From Azolla caroliniana (taxonomy: Eukaryota; Plantae; Polypodiophyta): a stretch of DNA of 64,000 bases. Below are positions 1 to 10,362 of this stretch, piece after piece. The stretch's first letter is position 1. Each line of letters begins with the position of its first letter. The stretch covers positions 16,492,001-16,556,000 of the forward strand of contig JBHGNT010000009.1 of the NCBI GenBank assembly GCA_043228905.1, read 5' to 3'. A program made the position numbers and the translations under genes. The notes beneath the pieces were generated by a model. The model saw only the letters and a program-made list of their open reading frames with translations, searched no databases and had not been told where the DNA came from.

Positions 1-104
1 GTTGTCGACCCCAAGAGTTGTCTCGTACTAGCCATCACTGAAGGGCACTGTTTTAGCTGTAGGTATTTACATTAAGTAGTCAGTCCGAAAGGCGATGTAA
101 CTAG

Positions 105-593
105 TGTCATGAACATATACCAAAACTCCAAGACTTGTAATAAGGATTCGAACCCATGACCTTGTCAAAGATAATGTGTAACTTCAACCACTAGGATACA
201 TCATATTACATTTATTAAATTGTAAATTCTTATATTAGATCATGAAGAAATATATCTAATAGTGTGAAGCATTGCCACCGCATAGGCTAACGCATGATTA
301 CCAAGTGTCATGCTTGCATGAATGCCAAGTGGCATGCTTGCATGAATGACAAATGGCGAGCATGCGTGCCTATGAGGTGGCGAGCATGCACGTATCCAAA
401 GCATGCTATATAAACATATAGCGAACTATTGATGAACCATTCTGGTTCAACGCTAGTCTTCGGCGTACTCTTGTAAACCTTGTTCTCATTGCTAATACAT
501 GTTCAATATCTTATTTCTCTCTCATTCCTCTCTTATTTTCTATTTCTCATTCTTTTCTTCATGTTAAACTTGTCTTTGGCTACGGCCCTGACA
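105..593 (+). repeat. 5' LTR of element A
   Basis: Direct repeat of 11713-12225, which carries one extra 24-bp tandem unit (GCTTGCATGAATGCCAAGTGGCAT); TATA box at ~407. Confidence 0.95.
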
Positions 594-1168
594 GTTTGAA
601 CCGGAATACCTAACCTTCTTCATTGTAATTTTTTCCTTTTCCAAGGAAGCTCTCATCCTATCTTCTCATAACCATGGCAGTAGTAAGTGAACAAGAATAT
701 ATGCGCGTTCTAGGTGAACTTGAATGCTTGAACACCAAGTTCATGGCTTTGGAGCAAGAGAATCAAAGGCTGCTCGGGAATTGATAACAAGTGAATGTAG
801 AGAAAGCTCAACAACAAGAGGAATTAACTCAAAGGGTTCACCAACTTGAAGCTGCATTAATAACATTGTGACAACAAGCATTACAAGCACCGAATTCGAC
901 AAAAGAACCCAAGATAAGTCTCCCGTCGAAGTTTGATGGTACTCGATCACAATTTCGAGGATTTCTAAATCAGGTACGTCTAGTATTTCAAATGCATCCC
1001 ACTCGATATCCAACAAATTCAGCACGAGTAGGGTTGGTCAGAACTCTATTAACTGGTACAACATTGGCTTGGTTTGCGCCGTTACTTGAGAAAAAGTGCC
1101 CTATTTTGGATAATTTTGATGAGTTTATTAAAGAGTTCCAAGCTTGTTTTGGAGATACCGATAGCATG

Positions 1169-4093
1169 TGTCAAGATTCGAACTCTTGACACGACCATGT
1201 TATAATCTACTATTATGAGTTAACCAAGATATCTAGTACTAGTTATGTATATAATTGTTCCTTATTATTTTGCTAGCATCATGTGCATAGTTGCTCCCTT
1301 GTAGTATTTACACTTGGCACATGCATGCATACCTACATGCTCTATTGTAGATTCACATGCGTGCAACAAGTATGCATGCCATGTAGTATAAATAGAGGAG
1401 TTCACCTTGAAGGAATTCAAGGTGAACAACACCAGTTATGGAGTCTTTCCTTTAGTACTATATTCTTTCTTGTCCATCAAATTTTTCTGGGAGGCTAACC
1501 TTAGGCTCAAGAAACTGTGACGAAGCTAGGCTAGATGTTGGTAGAAGATCGGGCTCTAGGCTAGGTTGTTGTGGGAGACTAGGGTTCGGGGGTTGTGAGG
1601 ATAGGGAGGTACCGACTTGAAGTTCTTGTAAAGAATTTCGAAGATCAAGATATTCTCGGAAAATATCGTTCATCATATGTTGAAAAACTGCGGGAGCGTT
1701 AGTAAGACCAAAAGGCATTACCTTGTATTCGAAATGCCCATACCGTGTTCGAAATGCGGAGTCACCCCACAAAACCCTTCCAAGTCGAAACCGATGCCTC
1801 TTACTTTGCCATTGGCGCCATCTTATCCCAAGCAGACGACAACAACCTAATGCACCTAGTGGCTTACTATTCCCGAAAATTTACGGCATCTGAAATCAAT
1901 TATCCCATTTACGACAAGGAGCTTGTTGCTATCATTGCTGCCTTTGAAGAATGGCGACCCTACTTGGCCGGCGCACAACATCGTGTCCAGGTAGTGACTG
2001 ATCATAAAAATTTAGTTTATTTTTCCACCACTCGTACTTTGAATCGAAGGCAGACCCGTTGGTCTACATTTCTCGCCGACTACGATTTTGAGATCGTATT
2101 TCGACCTGGTGGCCAACATGGGAAGGCTGATGCCCTTTCTCGCCGAGCTGACCTTGCACTCCGCCCTGGGGATGCTGCTTATGCTCAACAATCTAGACGT
2201 TTGTTGAAACCCGACCATTGCATCTGTTTGCCACTTGTATGTTGCAGGATGATTCTTTACTCCAACAAATCACTGATGCATCCAAGACCGATGCGTTCGC
2301 CAACGAGATTCGAGATAGTTTGCAAAACCCCTCCAAGGCGACCAAAAGGAAGGATCTTGACACCTTCACCATACAAGAGGGTTTGTTGTTCCGAGATCAT
2401 CTCTTATACGTCCCAGAGGGCCCATGTCGCACCCGGGTGTTGCGGGAATGCCACGATGACCCACTTGCAGGTCATTTCGGGGTCGCGAAAACCCTCGAGC
2501 TAATCTCTCGGGGGTATTGGTGGCCACAACCATGGAAGCTGGTCAAAGAATACATAAAGAGTTGTGAGGTTTGTGCTCGCTCCAAAGCCATTCATCATCG
2601 GCCATACGGCTTACTACAGCCGCTTCCATGTCCTCGTCGTCCTTGGGCCTCTATCTCTATGGACCTGATAACTGATCTACCCTTGGTCAATAGCTATGAC
2701 TCGGTGTTGGTCGTTGTCGATCGGTTTACGAAGATGGCTCACTTCACTCCATGCTCCAAAACCATTTCCGGAGAAGGAATGGTGCATCTCCTACTCAACA
2801 ATGTAGTACGCTTGCATGGACTCCCCGATGATGTCATCTCGGATCGCGGACCCCAGTTTGTCTCTCACTTCTGGCAGCGCCTGCTACAAACTTTAGGCAT
2901 CTCTGTCAAGTTGTCCTCCGCTTATCACCCCCAAACTGACGGGCAAACGGAGCGTGTCAACCAAATCCTTGAGCAGTATCTTCGATGCTCGGTTAGTTAC
3001 CAACAAGATGATTGGGTCAACTTACTTTCGCTCGCGGAATTCGCCTACAATAATTCACTCCATGCATCGACTGGCGTCACTCCCTTCTTTGCCAACTACG
3101 GTTTACATCCTCGCTTCAACATTTCCCTTCCTACCACTTCCGTGAACCCTTCGGCGGAGGATCGTGCCCGCATTTTGGAAGAAGTACATCATGATTTATC
3201 CTTGGAGCTTAGTCTTGCTAATGAACGATACAAGAAGCAGGCTGATCGCCATCGATCTTCCACTCCACACTTTGTCGTTGGAGACATGGTCTGGTTGTTA
3301 CGTCGACACATCTCTACTACTCGTCCATGTGCGAAACTTGATTACAAGAAGTTGGGACCATTCCGTATCATCGAGTGCATCAATCCCGTCGCCTTCCGGC
3401 TCGCCCTTCCATCCCACTTCCGGATTCACGATGTTTTTCATGTCTCCCTCCTCGAACCCCATTATGCTTCACAACTCCCAGGACGTCAAGCCCCACCACC
3501 ACCACCTGTGCAATTGACGACAGGGGAGGAATACGAGGTCGACCAAATCCTTGACTCGCGTTGGCACCGTCGACACTTGCAATACCTCGTCCTATGGAGG
3601 GGTTACCCCATGTCTGAGGCCACATGGGAACCATCGGAAAATTTACAAAATGCCCCAGAGGTCGTCCAAGATTTTCATCACCGATATCCCCACAAACCAG
3701 CGGCCGATTTGGGAAGGCGGCGGCGTAAGAGGGGGGATAATGTCAAGATTCGAACTCTTGACACGACCATGTTATAATCTACTATTATGAGTTAACCAAG
3801 ATATCTAGTACTAGTTATGTATATAATTGTTCCTTATTATTTTGCTAGCATCATGTGCATAGTTGCTCCCTTGTAGTATTTACACTTGGCACATGCATGC
3901 ATACCTACATGCTCTATTGTAGATTCACATGCGTGCAACAAGTATGCATGCCATGTAGTATAAATAGAGGAGTTCACCTTGAAGGAATTCAAGGTGAACA
4001 ACACCAGTTATGGAGTCTTTCCTTTAGTACTATATTCTTTCTTGTCCATTTGGTTATCTTCTTCGTTGTCTCTTGAGTTTATGATCCGTGACA
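1169..4093 (+). mobile_element. Element B: internally deleted and inverted gypsy chromovirus nested in the gag of A
   Basis: 3' LTR 3741-4093; 5' LTR 1169-1477 (truncated, apparently identical over the shared 309 bp); TSD GCATG (1164-1168 / 4094-4098); PPT AAGAGGGGGGATAA. Confidence 0.93.
1766..3777 (+). pseudogene. pol: RNase H-integrase-chromodomain part of B pol (one frameshift near 2217)
   Basis: ETDAS...YDKEL...TDHKNL...ADALSR (RH); H-H-C-C zinc finger; SDRGPQF and QTDGQTER (IN); GPF; YEVDQILDSR..YLVLWRGY..TWEP (chromodomain). Confidence 0.92.
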
Positions 4094-7000
4094 GCATGAG
4101 AACAACTATTAATAAGATTTGAAGGTTGTGACAAGGGGATCGCCCAGCCTCAGCCTATGCGGTTGATTTTCGCCTTCTTGCATGTGACATTCCTTGGGAC
4201 GAAGAGGCATTGATGGACCAATTTCGTCACGGACTTCGTAATGATGTGAAAGGCTTGCTTCTCACTTTTCATGAAGATCCAAAATCTCTTACTGAGGCGA
4301 TTAGTCGAGCTATATGATGTGACAATCGATTATAGCGACGCTTTGAGCATCAACAATGGTCTCGACCTCGATCAGAGCAGACATATGCATCGGTAACATC
4401 ACTACCTACATCTGGAACTATGCATGTTCCTATATCTAGCCCAATAAGTGGTCCTACTCCAATGGAAATTGATTCTACATGTCGAGGAACTTTAACAGAA
4501 GCTGAAAAGCAGAGACGTCGGGCGAACCGCCTATGTTTATATTGTGGTGGTCCAGGACATATAGCGATAAGTTGTCCCCATTGACCTAGGCGTCAAGTTT
4601 ACCAAGTAAGTGCTAGTACTAAATTGGATCTCGATTCTCCAAATACATCTAGCAATCCTAATAGCCCTACATCTTCAAATCGTTTTGAAGTACTTAGCCA
4701 ACTAGATGAGGTGTTAAACGAGTAAATCCAGCCAAAATAGGAGCCATTTGGTTGGATAACCCATAATTTGTAGAGTCAGTCCATAGTAATGGTTCCATTT
4801 CATCGAACCAAGTTAATAGGGTTTTTGTCGCACATGTCGAGCTTAGTACCTCTAGATGTCATCAGGTCTTCGCATATGCTCTCTTAGATTCCGGAGCCAA
4901 CTCTTGTTTCATGGACCGGAATTTTGCCTTGACACATAATATCTTATTAAAACCATTGCATTGTCCAGTATCAGTCACAGTAATAGATGGTCGACCCATT
5001 GCCTCTGGAAATATAATTGAAGAGTCTGAATCAATTCGTGTAGTTCTTGGTGATTTAGCTTGTGTCATCTCATTCAATATCATACATAGTCCGGAGCATC
5101 TGATTGTCCTTGGTCTACCTTGGTTTGAGCTTCACAACCCCCAGATTGATTGGAGAAAACGAGTTATCCTAGAATCCAAGAAAAACCATATATCAGATTT
5201 CCCTATTACTTATAACCCAAATTTAGAATGCCATCAGATCTCAACAATATCTTTGGAAAACTTACGCAAAGAGGGAGACAAAGAAAAAATGTTTATATTT
5301 GCGATAATAACAATGCCAACACCAACTCAACAAAAGTCGAGTACCTTTCTTCCAACCAAGTATCAAGAATTCCAAGATGTCTTCAATAAAGACAAAGCTG
5401 ATAGACTCCCAAAACATCGACCTTATGATTGTCCTATTGATCTTCAGCCAGGAAAAGATCCACTGTGGGGACCCATTTATAGTTTATCACCTGTAGAGCT
5501 CAAGGTTCTTCGCGACTATATCGATGAAAATTTAGCTACTGGATTTATTCGTCATTCCAAGTCTCCTGCTGGCGCACCAATATTTTTTGTCAAGAAGAAA
5601 GATGGATCGCTTCGTTTGGTCGTAGATTATCGAGGATTAAACAAAATCACAATTCGAAACATAATACCAACACTTTTGGAGCGGTTGAGTGGAGCCAAAT
5701 ACTTTACAAAGATCGATCTTAGAGGTGCTTATAATCTAGTTCGAATTCGTCTGGGTGATGAATGGAAAATTGCATTTCGCACTCGATATGGGCATTTTGA
5801 GTATACAGTTATGCCATTCGGTCTTACAAATGCTCCTGCGGTTTTTCAGCATATGGCCAATGATATTTTCCGAGACTTCTTGGATATATTCACCATCATT
5901 TATTTGGATGATATCTTGATATTTTCCAAGACTCAAGAAGAGCATGATGAGCATGTACGCCAAGTTCTACAACGATTACAAGAATGTGGTCTCTATGCTA
6001 AACTCGAGAAGTGTAGTTTTGATCGCAACCAAGTGGAATTCCTAGGATACATAGTATCACTAGAAGGAATATCTTTGGATCCAGCAAAGGTGCAAACAAT
6101 TCTAGAGTGGGAAACACCACAATCTGTGCGTGATGTCCAGTGTTTCTTGGGATTTGCGAATTTTTATCGCAAATTCATCAGGAACTACTCAAAGAAGGTG
6201 TTGCCTCTTACACAATTAACACATAAAAACCAACCATTCATATGGAATTCTAGTGCTGCTGAGGCATTCGAAAGCCTAAAACATGCGTTCACATCAACTC
6301 CTATTTTGATCCATGTTGACCAAGACAAGCCTTTTATTTTGGAAGCTGATGCATCAGATTTTGCACTCGGAAGTGTCTTGTCACAACCCAAAGAAAATGG
6401 GCTATTATATCCAGTTGCTTTTCATTCACGAAAATTTGAAGCTACGGAAATTAATTATGAGATTCACGACAAGGAGCTTTTGGCTATTGTCGACTCTTTT
6501 GAGCATTGGCGCCACTTCTTGGAAGGTTCTCCCCATCAAATCATTGTCTATAATGATCACAAGAACCTAACGTATTTCCAGAATGCTCGAGTCTTAAAGC
6601 GTCGACAGGCACGTTGGGCACAATTTCTTGCACGCTTTGATTTCTTGATTGTGTATCGCCCCGCAATACACCAGGGAAAGGCAGATGCGCTATCTTGGCG
6701 TTCGTACATGGCACCCTGTTTAGGGGAACCTACTTTTGATCATCAAAAGCAAATCCTCCTTGGTCCTAATCGTTTACAAGTGATGGTCCCTAATGCTTTT
6801 AAGACACCTACGGACTCGATACTTATAAGTACGATTCGTACTGATCTTGAAGCAGATGAATTTGCCCAAGATGTCTTGAATCATATTATTCCAGATCGTG
6901 CTTCTTGTTCAAGGTCGATGAATTCTCGTAAAGATTATAATCAGTTCAGTTGGCATGATAATTTACTTTTTCGAAATAATTTGCTTTATGTCCCTGATGG

Positions 7001-8675
7001 CTGCTCTCAATTCCTTATTTTACAACATTGCCACGACATGCCAATGGCTGGACATTTTGGAGTTCACAAAACATTGGAATTAGTTTCTAGAAATTATTGG
7101 TGGCCACATCTTCGTAATTATGTTGAAAACTACATTCGTAGTTGTGATGCATGTTGTCGGTCCAAGTGTCCTCGACATCAACCATATGGTTTACTCCAAC
7201 CCTTACCAGTTCCTGATGGTCCTTGGAAGTCTATATCTATGGATTTCATTATTGATCTTCCATCTTCCAAAGGTTTTGATTCCATCCTGACTGTTGTAGA
7301 TCGGTTCACAAAGATGACACATTTTCTACCATGCACAAAGACGATTAATAGTCAAGAGAAAGCAGATTTGGTTATGCGTGAAGTGTTTTGGCATCATGGT
7401 CTTCCTGATGACATCATTAGTGATTAAGGACCACAATTTATCTCAACATTTTGGAAACATTTGTTTGGGCTCCTCCAAATTGATTATAAACTCTCGTCAA
7501 GCTATCACCTAGAGACTGATTCTCAAACCGAGCGTACCAATCAAACCGTGGAACAATACCTTTGTTGCTTCATCAATTATCAACAAGATGATTGGGTAGA
7601 TTATTTACATTTTGCAGAGTTTTCTTACAACAATTCAGTTCATCCTTCTACCAAAATTACTCCCTTCTTTGCCAACACGGGTGTTCATCCCCGTTGGACA
7701 ATTCTTGACCACCCAAGAATCTCGAAAAACCCCGCTGCGGAGGATCGCCAACGTCATATCCGAGAAATTCATATTGCTCTTTCTCATCATTTACATCACG
7801 CTGTCGTAGTGTATTTCGTACACTACGTGAAAAAGTAAAAAATAATATAACCGATTTAATTACATATAAATAAATAAAATAATATATCAAGATATTTATC
7901 ACGTGCATAGGGCAGGATTTGAACCCTGTACCTCCACGTAGCCAAACCTCAACTTTACCATTATGCTACCTTATCTTTAGTGTTTTATAAATAGATTTAA
8001 TAACTATAAGTGCTTTATTTGCGCCTACCTTTATTAAAAGGTAAATCATGTATTTTTAGAGTGCGTGAATATTTTATAGAAAAACGCAAGCGACTAAAAA
8101 GTGACTCATGCACATCTAGCGTGCATGAGCACTATATTTAGCAAATAAAAGCAAGGATTAGAAAAGCATCACATGCACATTTAGTGTGCATGAACATATT
8201 AGAAAAAAAAGCATGTAGCTATGCTTAGTCTCTCCCATCACTACATAAGGATGGGGAGCACAATGTAATAGGTGTGTGAAAAATATTTGGGAAATTGGAT
8301 ATATTTCCTAAAACACCAACAATCAATAAAATATACTCGTGGGATTCACGAAGTTTAAGATAATCTATCTCTTTCAATCTAAATTCATATTCTTACATAA
8401 ATATTGATTAATGTAATACTTGTGGGATTCACAAGGTTTGATCTCTTTTCTCAATCTACTCTAATCTATTCTAAATTATTTCAATTTATTACTACGATTT
8501 AGATAAACTAAAACAATTATACTTGTGGGATTCACAAGTTTCTATATCTCTTTCTTATAATCTATTCATATTCATAACTAGATTAGCCTCAAATTCTTCC
8601 TCCTCCTAGTCCAAAACCCCGGTGGTTCCCACCCGACTCACGCAAACGATCCGGAGCCGAAAGGCACGACACAGT

Positions 8676-8693
8676 TGGTGAACCCGACGTGAA
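8676..8693 (+). promoter_or_regulatory. Primer-binding site complementary to the 3' end of tRNA-Trp
   Basis: TGGTGAACCCGACGTGAA; its reverse complement TTCACGTCGGGTTCACCA matches the plant tRNA-Trp(CCA) 3' end as I recall it. Confidence 0.85.
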
Positions 8694-8709
8694 GGCGGGT
8701 GGCAAGGAG

Positions 8710-10362
8710 ATGGAGAATCAACAAGAGGCGATGAACATGATGATGATGATGTTCGAGAGAATGCTACAAGAACAACGCGAGATGTCGGAGATCACGACAG
8801 TAGTACAACGGCTCGTGCAACAGAACGGGCAATTCGATGGAAAGGACGTGTCACGCTATCTACGTGACTACAAAATGGAGATGTTGCGATATGGTATCTC
8901 AGAAAGATTGCAAGTGTTATCTTTCAACCGGGTGGCTACGGATGAGCTTCAAGAGAGAATCCACGAGATACGACAACAAAGCCCGATGTGGGAGTCCTTT
9001 GAAGAAGCTATACGAGACACATATGACTATCTAAGACCGAAGCGGACGAGGACATGGTCCACGAACGGCGGTCAACAGTGGGTGAAAAGCGGCCACCGAC
9101 TACCACCGAAGGAGAGCTTGATGCGGAAGGGTTCGGAGATGCATGAAAAGTCGCAAGTCGACATTGAAGGGGAGCTTAAAACCGAACCAAAGTCGAGGCC
9201 AACAAAGGACGAGGAGGAGGAAGATCGAGGACGAAAGGGTATCCCCACACCGGTTCCAGAGACTTCGGCGGCTGTGCCCGTGCACCAACGTGAGACCGGA
9301 GAGACGGAATGTGTCGGTGGAAAAGTGGAGGACTGGAAGGGCAACGAGGAAGACAAAGTAAATGAGCACGAACGAAGGGATTCCTTCACCATTGTTTCGG
9401 AGACTTCGATACTGGAGCCCGGGTGTCGACATAACACCGAAGATAAGGAAAGTGGCGGCAACGAAACGAAGGTCGAAGCCGATGCATACGAAGGAGAGAT
9501 AGCCAAGGAGAACATGGCTATGGGTGAAACAACGGAAGATGATAATACCGAGGATTCCTACCCACTAATTCTAGAGACTTCGGCGGTTGTGTCCGAGAAC
9601 CAACGTGAGACCGGAGAGACGGGAGGTGGCAACAAGGAAGGTAAAGTCGGAAGCCGGTTCGGATGGAAGATGATCCGTCTGAAATTCCGATGTAAACAAA
9701 AGCATGACAACGCGAAGGTCGGGTCTACGATGGGAGAAGCATGTAATACGGAGCACGCACTACGGCACCAAAAGAAGCACGTGCTACGGCGTAAAGAGAA
9801 GCACACGCTACGGCGCAAAAAGAAGCACGCGCTACGGTGCAAAAATAAGCATGCACTACGGGGTAATACGGCGCATGCACTACGATGGAATACGAAGCAT
9901 GCGCTACGGCCTAATACGACGCATGCGCAACATCGAGAAATAAAGCATGCATTAAAGCCGCACAAGGACCTAACAGCGAGCGCGTATTCGGAGGTCGACA
10001 TCGACGCGTGGGTAGAACCTACGGAAGACAAGCGCGGAGTGGAGAGAGACAACACACCGAGATGCTCAAGAGTACCACAAGGGACCATGACAACCACTCA
10101 TGGCAATGCAAAGAATGAACAAAGAATATGGTGGATCGGATGGCGACAATGGTTCGGGTGGAAAGAATGGGTCTACTCAAAATGGAGAGACAAAGTTGGC
10201 ATAGCGAGACAAACGGAGGATGAAGGGGAGACAACGAGCATCGGCAACTTCGGCACATACCGGAGGATGTGCGGGTTCGGAGGGGGCGAGTGTCGTAGTG
10301 TATTTCGTACACTACGTGAAAAAGTAAAAAATAATATAACCGATTTAATTACATATAAATAA
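8710..10362 (+). CDS. Intact ~550-aa Gag-like ORF of element C with acidic and basic/His repeat regions, running into the 3' LTR
   Basis: Uninterrupted ORF spanning the whole internal region; N-terminal FDGKDVSRYLRDYKMEM resembles a gag capsid start; 8-aa KHALR repeats. Confidence 0.75.
   Translation: MENQQEAMNMMMMMFERMLQEQREMSEITTVVQRLVQQNGQFDGKDVSRYLRDYKMEMLRYGISERLQVLSFNRVATDELQERIHEIRQQSPMWESFEEAIRDTYDYLRPKRTRTWSTNGGQQWVKSGHRLPPKESLMRKGSEMHEKSQVDIEGELKTEPKSRPTKDEEEEDRGRKGIPTPVPETSAAVPVHQRETGETECVGGKVEDWKGNEEDKVNEHERRDSFTIVSETSILEPGCRHNTEDKESGGNETKVEADAYEGEIAKENMAMGETTEDDNTEDSYPLILETSAVVSENQRETGETGGGNKEGKVGSRFGWKMIRLKFRCKQKHDNAKVGSTMGEACNTEHALRHQKKHVLRRKEKHTLRRKKKHALRCKNKHALRGNTAHALRWNTKHALRPNTTHAQHREIKHALKPHKDLTASAYSEVDIDAWVEPTEDKRGVERDNTPRCSRVPQGTMTTTHGNAKNEQRIWWIGWRQWFGWKEWVYSKWRDKVGIARQTEDEGETTSIGNFGTYRRMCGFGGGECRSVFRTLREKVKNNITDLITYK

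Larger units (their letters stand above)
674..4725 (+). pseudogene. gag: gag of element A (stops/frameshifts; interrupted by element B at 1169-4093)
   Basis: FDGTRSQFRGFLNQ and FGDTDSM|RTTINKI continuing across the B insertion; PMEID motif and CLYCGGPGH zinc knuckle; homologous to the D gag at 45229-46386. Confidence 0.9.

Noticed and set aside
144-198. Functional tRNA genes in the LTRs
   Set aside because: Acceptor and anticodon stems do not pair convincingly; only the promoter boxes and spacing are kept
8336-8539. CRISPR-like repeat/spacer look of the palindromic repeats
   Set aside because: Only three short units with uneven low-complexity spacers, inside a eukaryotic LTR, with no cas genes
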